Below are positions 1-15,649 of a DNA stretch of 64,000 nucleotides, piece after piece (positions within the stretch are counted from its first letter, which is position 1; every line of letters begins with the position of its first letter). The notes under the pieces were generated by a model, which was not told the DNA's origin, searched no databases, and saw only the letters and a program-made list of their open reading frames with translations. Position numbers and translations under genes: made by a program. This stretch comes from the human T2T-CHM13v2.0 reference genome, Homo sapiens, in assembly GCF_009914755.1 (NCBI RefSeq), contig NC_060926.1. One strand, given 5' to 3'.

Positions 1-2
1 AG

Positions 3-3161
<3,159 letters not shown>

Positions 3162-3209
3162 TTATTTTGCTCATTAGTTGATGCAGTTTCTTCCTAGTCT
3201 CGATGGTCT

Positions 3210-4224
3210 TTACATTTTGGCATGATTTTGCAGCGGCTGGTACCGGTTGTTCCTTTCCACGTTTAGCGCTTCCTTCAGGAGCTCTTTTAGGGCAGGCCTG
3301 GTGGTGACAAAATCTCTCAGCATTTGCTAGTCTGTAAAGTATTTTATTTCTCCTTCACTTATGAAGCTTAGTTTGGCTGGATATGAAATTCTGGGTTGAA
3401 AATTCTTTTCTTTAAGAATGTTGAATATTGGCCCCCACTGTCTTCTGGCTTGTAGGTTTTCTGCCGAGAGATCCGCTGTTAGTCTGATGTGCTTCCCTTT
3501 GAGGGTAACCCGACCTTTCTCTCTGGCTGCCCTTAACATTTTTTCCTTCATTTCAACTTTGGTGAATCTGACAATTGTGTGTCTTGGAGTTGCTCTTCTC
3601 GAGGAGTATCTTTGTGGCGTTCTCTGTATTTCCTGAATCTGAACGTTGGCCTGCCTTGCTAGGTTGGGGAAGTTCTCCTGGATAATATCCTGCAGAGTGT
3701 TTTCCAACTTGGTTCCATTCTCCCCATCACTTTCAGGTACACCAATCAGACGTAGATTTGGTCTTTTCACATAGTCCCATATTTCTTGGAGGCTTTGCTC
3801 ATTTCTTTTTATTCTTTTTTCTCTAAACTTCCCTTCTTGCTTCATTTCATTCATTTCATCTTCCATCACTGATACCCTTTCTTCCAGTTGATCGCATCGG
3901 CTCCTGAGGCTTCTGCATTCTTCACGTAGTTCTCGAGCCTTGGTTTTCAGCTCCATCAGCTCCTTTAAGCACTTCTCTGTATTGGTTATTCTAGTTATAC
4001 ATTCTTCTAAATTTTTTTCAGTTTTCAACTTCTTTGCCTTTGGTTTGAATGTCCTCCCGTAGCTCAGAGTAATTTGATCGTCTGAAGCCTTCTTCTCTCA
4101 GCTCGTCAAAATCATTCTCCATCCAGCTTTGTTCCGTTGCTGGTGAGGAACTGCGTTCCTTTGGAGGAGGAGAGGTGCTCTGCGTTTTAGAGTTTCCAGT
4201 TTTTCTGTTCTGTTTTTTCCCCAT
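3210..4224 (-). pseudogene. ORF1: L1 ORF1p, disrupted
   Basis: MGKKQNRKTGNSKTQS... is split into ORF-track pieces 4018-4224 and 3327-4028 by a 2-bp deletion near 4020. There is a premature TAG at 3327-3329 after KYFTD; the natural TAA is at 3210-3212. Confidence 0.95.
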
Positions 4225-5124
4225 CTTTGCGGTTTTATCTACTTTTGGTCTTTGATGATGGTGATGTACAGATGGGTTTTCGGTGTGGATGTCCTTTCTG
4301 TTTGTTATTTTTCCTTCTAACAGACAGGACCCTCAGCTGCAGGTCTGTTGGAATACCCTGCCGTGTGAGGTGTCAGTGTGCCCCTGCTGGGGGGTGCCTC
4401 CCAGTTAGGCTGCTCGGGGGTCAGGGGTCAGGGACCCACTTGAGGAGGCAGTCTGCCCGTTCTCAGATCTCCAGCTGCGTGCTGGGAGAACCACTGCTCT
4501 CTTCAAAGCTGTCAGACAGGGACATTTAAGTCTGCAGAGGTTACTGCTGTCTTTTTGTTTGTCTGTGCCCTGCCCCCAGAGGTGGAGCCTACAGAGGCAG
4601 GCAGGCCTCCTTGAGCTGTGGTGGGCTCCACCCAGTTCGAGCTTCCAGGCTGCTTTGTTTACCTAAGCAAGCCTGGGCAATGGTGGGCGCCCCTCCCCCA
4701 GCCTCGCTGCCACCTTGCAGTTTGATCTCAGACTGCTGTGCTAGCAATCAGTGAGACTCTGTGAGCGTAGGACCCTCCGAGCCAGGTGTGGGATATAGTC
4801 TCGTGGTGCGCCGTTTTTTAAGCCGGTCTGAAAAGCGCAATATTCGGGTGGGAGTGACCCGATTTTCCAGGTGCGTCCGTCACCCCTTTCTTTGACTCGG
4901 AAAGGGAACCTGACCCCTTGCGCTTCCCAGGTGAGGCAATGCCTCGCCCTGCTTCGGCTCGCGCACGGTGCGCGCACCCACTGGCCTGCGCCCACTGTCT
5001 GGCACTCCCTAGTGAGATGAACCCGGTACCTCAGATGGAAATGCAGAAATCACCCGTCTTCTGCGTCGCTCACGCTGGGAGCTGTAGACCGCAGCTGTTC
5101 CTATTCGGCCATCTTGGCTCCTCC
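4225..5124. promoter_or_regulatory. L1 5'UTR bidirectional promoter (sense on minus; antisense promoter firing into the window on plus), CpG-rich
   Basis: YY1 site CAAGATGGCCG intact at 5106-5116 (minus). Many CpGs are retained. Plus-strand donors CAG|GTGTGG (4786), CAG|GTGCGT (4871) and CAG|GTGAGG (4931). Confidence 0.85.
4680..4895 (+). pseudogene. ORF0: L1 antisense ORF0, truncated at codon 25
   Basis: MVGAPPPASLPPCSLISDCCASNQ* then DSVSVGPSEPGVGYSLVVRRFLSRSEKRNIRVGVTRFSRCVRHPFL*. TGA at 4752-4754 replaces the CGA (Arg) of intact ORF0. Confidence 0.9.
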
Positions 5125-6259
5125 GACCTCCTAAAATGTTTTTAAGTGACCAAAATTTGGGATTTTTTGTATGCTCTGTCTTAAGTGATAATGAAGAACC
5201 AAACATTTGTCATGGAACCACAGACCTGAGTACCATCTTGTGCTTCAGAAGAACTGAAATCCTTATACTAACAGGAGGTAGAAAAAAATGCCACTATGAT
5301 GCTCAGTTTGCAGAACAAAGAGAGCCAGCTGCATGATCACTTAGAATAGAGGTGTGCTCATTACAGAGGGTGAGAAAGGCGGGGTGTACAAAGCAAGGCA
5401 TTTGCCTTGTCAACAGCCAGGCCATATGGAGAATGTATGTCACTATGAAGCTCTTGAATTTTTCAAAATTTTATTGGCAGAAGGGATTCTTTGGAAGAAG
5501 GGTCAGAGAGTGCCACATTATAACTCTTGAAAGTAGCTAGGAGATCATCATCTTGCCTGAGAAGAAGTCGAGGCCCAGAGAGATCAAATAATGCCCTCAA
5601 GTTCACATGACCCATGAGAAAAGGTGCTTTTTTTCTTTCAATCCCAAGAGCTCTTTCTATGACATCATGTGTCTTGTGTGTCTCGTGTGATCCTGTTAGC
5701 AAATAGGAAGCTTCTTTCCGTATTCTCCACTCCTTAAATTTCTTTAACTTCAAGTAATTTATTTTGTGATTCCAGGAAATAGTGCTTAAATATTCTTTAC
5801 ATCTATCAAGATCTGCAAGTTAATTAGTTGATCTGTTACTCTTTTTAAGCAAAAAGGAATATTTGTTGTTCTAGTTTTTCTAAATATAATGTGCTTTATT
5901 TTAAAAAGCATTTTTTTTGCAATTTATTAATTTATTGTAGAATTGCCCTGGCTAGTTATTCAGTGGAACAGAGATAAAAAATAGAATTTTCTTGAAGCTT
6001 AAGGTCTGTTTAAAACTATTGAGATATTGAATTTCCCGACAATTTTTTGACCACTTATGAGATTACATTAAATATAATTTCCCAGCTCTGAATTAACTTG
6101 GGTAAAAGTGGTGTGCAGGTGAGCATTCTGAGAACTTTTATTTCTTCATTTGACCCCACTTTAACTTGGCAACTTGCTCTTTAACTTCGTTACTCAAATC
6201 TCACTCAAACACCCTAAGTTCTGGAGAAATTTTATGTTATTGAGTGTTCTATTTTATAT

Positions 6260-6470
6260 ACTGGGTCTTGTAATGCTAACCAATTACATACATTATAACA
6301 CTGTATATTTAAATAAATCCTGGAAGTTAGATAGTATTATATTTCTCATTTTCAGATGTAGTGATTAAGATACAGGATTTATATTGCATTTGTAGTAAAT
6401 GAAAGAACTAATAATGGCACTCATGCCTGTCTGAATCTAGTGTGCCTATATTTAATCACTGTGCTACACT
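6260..6470 (-). mobile_element. MIR fragment, highly decayed
   Basis: ...tttctcattttcagatgtagtgattaagatacag... resembles the MIR core. Confidence 0.45.
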
Positions 6471-7032
6471 GAAATATAAATTACTTTTTACGTGCTAGTC
6501 CCAGGACACATGATGCATTATTATACCTCCACGTCCTTAGTTACACTATTTTCTAGAATGCAATTGACCAATGCTCAGTCTGACATTTTCTACTACTGAA
6601 ATCATTTTACACTTTAAGCTTCTCATCATTGTCAATTTTTATATGAAGCCTACTTGGATATTTCTGATTACAATGAATCCTGTCCACTTACGGGATTCTC
6701 AAGTAGTATTATTCAACTTATGACAGTTTGAATGGTTATACATCAATTTATAAACTCCTTAATGGTGGAACTAAAATGTACTTGTCCTTGAATCTCCATG
6801 ACCTAGGTCAGCATGTAGAAATAGATATGGAGTCATTATAAATTGATTTAATTTGATTGAACAAAAATCTGTAGTAGAATATATTTTATAACTCCTTCCC
6901 TGTCTGTCTCTCTTCTGGTGTTGCATCTGAAAAAAAAGCAGTTTTATGCTCAAGTAAGATACATATTTCCTTTTTGTGAAAAACTATTCTATCTCGTTTA
7001 TCTTATAAATTAAAAATATTCATATTAAATCC

Positions 7033-9325
7033 TGTATTGGTCTGTTCTTGCACTGCTATAAAAAACCCTGAAACTTGGTAATTTTTAGGTAAAGAGGTTT
7101 AACTGGCTCATGGTTCCACAGACTGTGCAGGAAGCATGGCTGGTGAAGCCTCAGAAAACTTTCAGTCATGGCAGAAGGCAAAGGGGAAACAGGAATGGCT
7201 TACACGCCCAGAGGAGGAGGAAGAGAGAAAAAGGGGAGTTGCTATATACTTTAAAATAACCAGATTTTATGAGAAGTCACTATCATGAGAGCAGCAAAAA
7301 TTCACTTCCATGATATAGTCATCTCCCACCAGGCCCCTCCTCTAACATGGGGGAATAAAATTTAACATGAGATTGAGCAGGGACACAAATCCAGCCATAT
7401 TATTCTGCCCTGGCCACCCCTGCCCTCCCATCCCCCACCCCACCCAAATCTCATGTCCTTCTCACACTGCAAAATACAATCATCCTTTCTCAACAGTACC
7501 CCATGTCTTAACTCATTTCAGCATTAACTCAAAAGTCTACAGTCCAAAGTCCCTTTTGAGACAAGGCAAATCCCTTCCAACTATGAGCCTGTAAAATTAA
7601 AAAAAAAATTAGCTACTTCCAAGATACAGTGGGGCTACAGGCATTGGCTACATACTCCCAATCCCAAAGGTAGAGATTGGCCAAAACAAAGGGGTTACAG
7701 ACCTCATGAAGTCTGAAATCCAGCAGGGCAGGCTTTAAATTTTAAGCTTCAAAATAATCTTCTTTGACTCTATGTCTCATATCCAGGCCACACTGATGCA
7801 AGGGGTGGATTCCTTAGGTCTTGAGAAGCTCCTCTCTCGTGGCTCTGCAGGTCTCAGCTCCCATGGCTGTTCTCAAGGGCTGGTGTTGAGTGTCTGTGGT
7901 TTTTCCAGGTGCATGGTACAAGCTGTTGGTGGAGCTACCATTCTGGGGTCTGGAGGAGGGCAGCCCTCTTCTCACAGATCAACTAAGCAGTGCCCCAGTG
8001 GGAACTCTGTGTGGAGCTCCAGCTTCACGTTTCCTTTCCACACTTCCCTAATAGAGGCTCCCCATGAGGGCTCCACCCCTGCAGCAGACATCCAGGAATT
8101 TCCATACATCCTGTGAAAACTAGGTGGAGGCTCCCATGCCTCAACTTTTGCCCTCTGCACACCTGCAAGCTTAAAACCACATGGAAGTCACCAAAGTTAT
8201 GGCTTGCACTCTCTGAAGCAACAGCGTGAACTGTACCTTGGCCTCTTTAAATGACCAGCATATCCTATGGTCAAATGCTCCTGCAGCTGGAGCTGCGGAG
8301 ATGCAGGGTGCCATGTCCTGAGGCTGCACAGAGCAGCAGTGGCCCTGGGCCTGGACCATGAAACCATTTTTCCCTCCTAGTCCTCCAGGCGTGTGATGGG
8401 AGAGGTTGCCTTGAGGCATTTTCTCCACTATTTTGGCTATCAACATTTGACTCCTCTTTACTTATGCAAATTTCTCAGCTGGCTTAAATTTCTCCCCAGA
8501 AAATGCCTTTTTCTTTTCTACCACATGGTCAGGTTGCAAGTTTTTCAAACTTTTATGCTCTGCTTCCCTTTTGAATATAAGTTTCAGTTTCAGATCATCT
8601 CTTTGCTCATGCATATGAGCATTCTTGAATGCTTTGCTGCTTAGAAATTTCTTCTGGCAAATACACTAAATCATCACTCTCAAGTTCAAAGCTCCCAACA
8701 TGTTCTTCATCTCCACCTGAGACCTCATCAGCCTGGCCCCTTCTGTCCATATCACTATCAGCATTTTGGTCAAAACCATTTAACAAGTCTTTAGGAAGAT
8801 TCAGATTTTCCCACATCTTCCTGTCTTCTTCTGAGCCCTCCACACTCTTCCAACCTCTGCCTGTTACCCAGTTCCAAAGTCACTTCCACATTTTCAGGTG
8901 TTTTCATAGCAATGCCTCACCTCTCAGCACCAATATTCTGTATTAGTCCATTCTCACACTGCTATACAGCAATACCTAGAACTGACACAAGTATATATTT
9001 TTCACAAGAGCTTTAATTGGCTCATGGTTCCACAGGAAGTACAGGAAGCATGGCTGGTGGCTGGGGAGGCCTCAGGAAATTCTGAATCATGGCATCAGCG
9101 GAAGCAGGAATGTCTTACCTGGTGGAAGAAGGAGGAAGAGAGCGAATGGGGAGATGCTACACACTTATAAACAACCAGATCTGATGAGAACTCACTCGCT
9201 ATCATAACAATAAGGTGGAAGTTCACCCCCATGATCCAATCACCTCCCACCAGGCCCCTTCTCCAACACTGAGGATTACAATTCAACCTGAGATTTGGGC
9301 AGGGACACAAATCCAAACCATATCA
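7033..9325 (-). mobile_element. MaLR retrotransposon with both LTRs (MSTA-type): LTR 7033-7402, internal 7403-8938, LTR 8939-9325
   Basis: Both LTRs run tgtatt(g/a)gtc...aattggctcatggttccacag...aggaagcatggctgg...ccatat(t/c)a. The internal minus-strand remnant MEGSEEDRKMWENLNLPKDLLNGFDQNADSDMD is typical of the MaLR internal ORF. Confidence 0.9.
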
Positions 9326-10526
9326 TTCCTAAACAGACTTACTACCATACAGAAAATTTGATATAAGAATGAACCAAAGATGAGCAATTATTTGAAACAA
9401 TTTGTGTACATTCCTGTATATCATGTGACTGTGAGCATGTACATAAGCAGGAAGTTACCTCTTAGGAACTGCTGTATCTTTAGACATGCTGATCACTACC
9501 CACACACCCAAAAAAAAATCTTTTTATCTTACTCCCAGTTTCTGATTTTTTGATGAGTGTGCAATGACAAGATGCCATTATAATTTTGTTTGCTGTCAAT
9601 GTCTTTATGGAATTTGATGAGTGTGTCAAACTGTAGAGTGCATAGTATATGTTAAGAAATAGAACATTTGTCTCATGAGGTAAATGTTGACACACTTTTC
9701 AATTTGGTTAGTGGAACTCCTGGAACCCTTCAAAAAGTAAAATTCTTGTATGAAGTCTGTTGAGCAGTTAATCTCCTAATCCCTTACTCCATATAAAGTG
9801 AAGTTAGTGCATGCCCAAATTTTTAAACATTTTACCCAAGAGTCTAGCAGTAATAATTAGAAGAGCAGCTTGGGAACAATTCTGGTACATCTATTTTAGG
9901 GTTGTATTTTATTTGATATGGAATATATATATTAGAAGAAGACAAATGTAGCCAAACAGAACCACATCTAGCCAAACTTATTCTTGGTTCTCAGAACTGC
10001 TGGCCTTGTTCTTACAGACACACTTAGACATCTATGTTAATGCTCTCAGTGAAATATCTGTAAGGTATTGTGTGAGCGAATTTAATAAATATGTCTCTAT
10101 GAACTTACAAAAAATAACATGCTAAAGCACTTTGGAAGTGGTTAAGGGCTACACTAAGGGGTTTCCCGTCAACACAGAATAGTGCTTGCAAACATCATCA
10201 CACCCCCTGTACATCAGTCTGGGCAAGAAGCAAAATCCAAGTCAGATGGGTTCAATACAGAGATTGAAATGAAGGAATTACTTATAGAAATGCAGGCAGG
10301 GAAAGTTATTATCACTTCCAGCCCTGCTTTCTCAGGTTTTTTGTTCCCTGATTTCCTCCTTGTGTGTGCCTTAAAAAATTCCAAGAAGTTTGGGCAACAA
10401 AGTCTGTTAAATCAGTTTCTCGGAGTATAATGCATTACAGAGAAGGGAGGATAATAAATCTGAAAAGAGAGGTTGCTAACAAAATTGAACCAGAATATTC
10501 TATGGTCAAATGCAAAGCAACGAGAC

Positions 10527-10551
10527 AAAAAAAAAAAAAAAAAAAAAAAAA
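10527..10551 (+). repeat. Uninterrupted A25 homopolymer
   Basis: Direct count; no adjacent Alu body. Confidence 0.95.
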
Positions 10552-11799
10552 GGGAGAGAAAACTGAAAACTTTATACCTAGAAAAAATACATATGAACTT
10601 TTTTATAGAACAAAAATTGAGCAGCAATATAAAAACATGAACTAGAATGAAGCTCTGGGCCAGCTGCCAGCAGCTTAGTATCTGAGGTAAGAGGAGACTT
10701 ACATGTTTGGTGCCTTGTTTAGGTAAGGGGGCTAGAGCTAATATACTGCTTTAAATAGCGTTTTGAGTGTCATCCTCTCAAAGGAAGGCTCAAATAATTT
10801 GCTGTATGTGGAGACACAGTCTTGGAGATTTTCAAATAACTGAAGTTAAAAATGAGCAAATCTTATGAAAAAATTAATATTAAAAATATGTTGAGCAAAT
10901 AATAATATTTATGTTCACCTCGCGGTAATTTTTGCATATGATGAGAGGAATGGGTTCAGTTTCATTCTTCTGCATATGGCTATCCAATTTTCTCTGCACC
11001 ATTTATTGAATAGGGTGTCATTTCTCCAGTGTACATTTTTGTTGGCTCTGTTGAGGATTAGTTTGGAGGTATGTGGTTTAACTTCTGGGTTCTCTACTCT
11101 ATTCCACTGATCTATGTGTCTGTTTTTATTCTAGTATCATGCTGGTACTATAGCCTCATACTATAATTTGAAGTCAGATAATGTGATGCCTCCAGCTTTG
11201 TTCATTTTGTTAAGGATTGCTCTGGCCTTTCAGGCTCTTTTTTGACTCCATATGAATTTTAGGATTTTTATCTAATTCTGTGACAAATGATGTTGGCAAT
11301 TTGAGAGAGATTGCATTGAATCTACAGATTGCTTTGGGGAGTAGAGCCATATTAACAATATTGTTTCATCTAATCCATGACCATAAGATGTTTTTCTATT
11401 TGTTTGTGTCATCTATAATTTATTTCATCAGTGTTTTGTAGTTCTCCTTATAGAGGTCTTTCACCTCGTTGGTTAAACATATTCATAGACATTTTATTTT
11501 ATTTAGCAGCTATTATAAATGGGATTGCCTTCTTGATTTGGTCTTTGGCTAAGTTGCTATTGGTGTATAGAAATGCTATTGTTTTTTGTATATTATTTTT
11601 ATATCCTGAAAATTTACTAAATTCATTTATCAAATCTAAGAGTGTTTTTGGTAGACTCCTTAGGATTTTCTAGATATAAGATTATATCATCAGTGAACTT
11701 GACTTTCTCTTTTCCAATTTAGATGCCTCTGACATTTTTCTCTTGCTTGATTGCTCTGGCAAGGAATTCCAGTCATATGTTGAATTAAGAGTAGTGAAA

Positions 11800-12094
11800 G
11801 GCCAGGCACAGTGGCTCACGCCTGTAATCCCAGCATATTGGGAGGCTGAGGCAGGTGGTTTACTTGAGGTCAGGAGTTTGAAACCAGCCTGTCCAACATG
11901 GCAAAACACTGCCTCTACTAGAAATATAAAAATTAGCCAGGTGTGGTGGCTCGTGCCCATATTCCCAGATGTTCAAGAGACTGAAGTAGGAGAATTGCTT
12001 GAACTCAGGGGGTGGAGGTTGCAGTGAGCCAAGATCATGCCACTGTACTCTAGACTGGGTGACAGAGGGAGGCTCTGTCTAAAAAAGAAAAAAA
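11800..12094 (+). mobile_element. Alu (old J/S type) inserted in the L1PB
   Basis: Dimeric Alu; degenerate TSD aagagtagtgaaa / aaaagtgatgaag. Confidence 0.93.
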
Positions 12095-13501
12095 GTGATG
12101 AAGTTATAGTCTTTCTATGCCTAGTTTGTTGAGGATTTTCATCATGAAGAGATGCTGAATTTTACTGAAGGCTTTTTCTGAATCTATTGAGATAATTATA
12201 TGGGTTTTAACCTTAATTCTGTTTATATGATGCATCACTTTATTGATTTGCATATGTTGAAACATCCTTGTATCTGCGGGATAAGTCCAATCTTTTCATG
12301 GTGTACTATCTTTTTGATGCTCTGTTGGATTTGATTTGCTAGTATTTTGTTGAAGACTTTTGTGTATATGTTCATCAGGGATATTCATCCGCAGATTCCT
12401 TTCTTTGGTTGTGTCCTTGTCTGGTTTTGGCAGCAGGATGATACTGGCTTTGTAGACTAAGTTAGGGAGAACTCTCTCTCATCAATTTTTGGGCACAGTT
12501 TCAGGAGGATTGGTATTAGATCTCTTTGTATGTTTGGTATAATTTGGCTGTGAATCCATTTCATCCTGGACTTTTTTTGTTAGAATTTATTTTTATTTTT
12601 ATTTTATTGTTACTAATTCCATCTCGCTATTCATTATTGGTCTGTTTGGAAGTTCTATTTCTTCCTGGATCAGTATTCAGAGGTTGTGTGTTTCCATAAA
12701 TTTATCTATTTCCTGGATTAAAGACTTAAACATAAGATCTGAAACTATAAAATGCCTAGGAGAAAACCCAGGAGAAACTCTCATGGACATTGGCCTAGGC
12801 AAAAAATGTACGACCATGTCCTCAAAAGCAACTGCAACAAAACCAAAAATAGACGAATGAGACTTAATTAAACTAAAACTAAAAGTTCTGCATAGCAAAA
12901 TAAACAATCAACTGAGTAAATAGATGACCAACAGAATGAGAAACACATTTTCAAAATATGCATCTGACAAAAGGCTAATATCTAGAATCTACGAGGAACT
13001 CAAACAGCTCAACAAGAAAAAAAACCCATTTAAAAAGTGGGAAAAGGAAATAAACAGACATTTTACCAAAGAAGACGTACAACCTGCCAACAAACATATG
13101 AAAAAATGCTCAATATTGCTAATCATCAGAGAAATACAAATTAAAACCACAAGGAGATACCATCTTACACCAGTCAGAATAGCTATTATTAAAAAGTTTA
13201 AAACCAACATCTGTTGGTAAAAATGTGGAGAAAAGGGAACACTTATACATGGTGGGAATGTAATTTAGTACAACATTTATGGAAAGCAGTATGGTATGGA
13301 CATTTCCCAAGGAACTTAAAATAGAACTACTATTCAATTCAGCAGTCCCACTACTAGGTATCTACCTAAAGGGAAAGATATGATTGTATAAGAAAGATAT
13401 TTCTGCTAGTATGTTTATTACAGCACTATTCACAATAGCAAAGTAAGGAATAAATCTAAGCATCCATCAGTGGAGGACTGGATAAAGAAAATGTGGTTTA
13501 T

Positions 13502-13650
13502 GGCTGGGCGTGGTGGTTCATGCCAGTAATCCCAGCACTTTGTGAGGCTGAGGTGGGAGAATCACCTGAGGTCAGGAGTTTGAGACCAGCCTGGCCAACA
13601 TGGTGAAACCCTGTGTCTACTAAAAATACAGAAATTAGCAGGATGTGGTG
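13502..13650 (+). mobile_element. AluS, left arm plus ~12 nt of right arm only
   Basis: ggctgggcgtggtgg...ctactaaaaatacagaaattagcaggatgtggtg, then ends abruptly. Confidence 0.92.
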
Positions 13651-13654
13651 CTAA

Positions 13655-13677
13655 TTTATCGCTGAGTAGTATTCCAT

Positions 13678-13718
<41 letters not shown>

Positions 13719-13832
13719 TATATATATGCACATATATATACATGTATATATACCATGTATACATATGTATATACACACACGTATATATACCGTGTATATA
13801 TATATATATTATATATATATACATATATATAT

Positions 13833-13888
<56 letters not shown>

Positions 13889-13911
13889 ATGGAAAACTAC
13901 TCAGCCATAAA
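13655..13911. repeat. ~257-bp quasi-palindrome: unique arm-(GT)n-(TA-rich)-(CA)n-unique arm
   Basis: tttatcgctgagtagtattccatggt(gt)n is the reverse complement of (ac)n accatggaaaactactcagccataaa with 2 mismatches. Confidence 0.95.
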
Positions 13912-14322
13912 AACATGAAATTATGTCTTTTGGGGTGGCCATTATCCTCAGTGAAATAACTCAGAAACAAAGTCAAATACCCCATGTTCTCATGTATAAG
14001 AGAGAGCTAAACAATGGGTACCCATGTACATACAGAATGGAATAATGGACATTGGAGACTGGAAGGTAGGAGCGTGGGACAGGAGTGAGGGTTGAAAAGG
14101 TACCTATTGTGTATAATGTTCACTATTCCAGTGATAAATACACTCAATGCCCAGAGTTCACCAATATACAATATATGCATGAATTAACCTGAACTTTACT
14201 CCCTAAATATATAAAACCCACAAATAGTTCTATGTTATTATTTGCAAAATAAATGAATGCAAGTATTGGCTGGATTCTCAAAAATATATTAGGAATAATA
14301 AAAGTTTCTTTAATTTTTAAAA

Positions 14323-14815
<493 letters not shown>

Positions 14816-15034
14816 AGAAATAATAAAAGTGTTTGTTTTTCTTTTTTAAATAAACTCATGAACCAAAAATTGAGAAAGGAAATAAACACAAGTCTATATG
14901 AAAGGAATCAAAATGTCAAACATTTGGGCATTTGGAAAGTTAAAATTCCATAGACTTATAAACTCTATTAACAATTGATATGAGAAAATTAGTAAATTTG
15001 GGGATGGCGTTATCCAAAACATAAAGATATGTAC

Positions 15035-15037
<3 letters not shown>

Positions 15038-15073
<36 letters not shown>
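15038..15073. repeat. (GT)n microsatellite
   Basis: Direct observation. Confidence 0.97.
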
Positions 15074-15075
<2 letters not shown>

Positions 15076-15348
15076 ACAAGCTCATAGAGGTAATGAGGCA
15101 TTAAGGCTAGATTGAGAACCTCAACATACAACCCATGAGAATTGCCAAAAAAGAAAACAGAAAAATGGCAAAGAATCTATAGCTAAAGAAATGGTACTTT
15201 AAAAATTTTCAGAATTGAAGAAAGACCTGTATCTGCAAACTGAGCAAGTAAAATAAATGAGTAAATAAATCATTCTTGTTACACTGTAGCAAAACTGCCA
15301 ACATCAAGAAGAAAAGACAACTATTTCCTAGTAAAGAATGGCAAGCAG

Positions 15349-15649
15349 GGCTGGGCACGGTGGCTCACGCCTTTAATCCTAGCACTTTGAGGGGCTGAGG
15401 CAGGCGGATCACCTGAGGTCAGGAGTTCAAGACCAGCCTGGCCAACATGGTGAAACTCTGTCTCTACTAAAATACAAAAATTAGCTGGGCATGATGGCAG
15501 GTTCCTGTAATCCCAGTTACTCAGGAGGCTGAGACGGGAAAATTGCTTGAACCCGGGAGACGGTGGTTGCAGTGAGCTGAGATCGTGCCATTGCACTCCA
15601 GCCTGGGCGGCTGAGTGAGACTCAGTCTCAAAAGAAAAAAAAAAAAAAA
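15349..15649 (+). mobile_element. AluSx-type
   Basis: Full dimer with A-tail; TSD aagaatggcaagcag / aaaagggcaagtag. Confidence 0.95.

Larger units (their letters stand above)
10924..14216 (+). mobile_element. L1PB-type LINE-1, 5'-truncated with twin-priming inversion (inverted ~10924-12713; sense ~12714-14216)
   Basis: Minus-strand ORF2 sequence switches at ...tctatttcct|ggattaaagacttaaac. The outer end of the inverted part (taatttttgcatatg) lies just upstream of the sense start in L1 coordinates. The 3'UTR is L1PB-style, ending ccctaaatatataaaa. Confidence 0.88.

Noticed and set aside
10527-10551. A25 as the tail of a processed pseudogene or tail-only insertion
   Set aside because: No convincing TSD, nearby poly(A) signal or upstream ORF; more likely homopolymer expansion.
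13562-13959. HT/CV/YI-repeat ORFs
   Set aside because: Translations of dinucleotide repeats.
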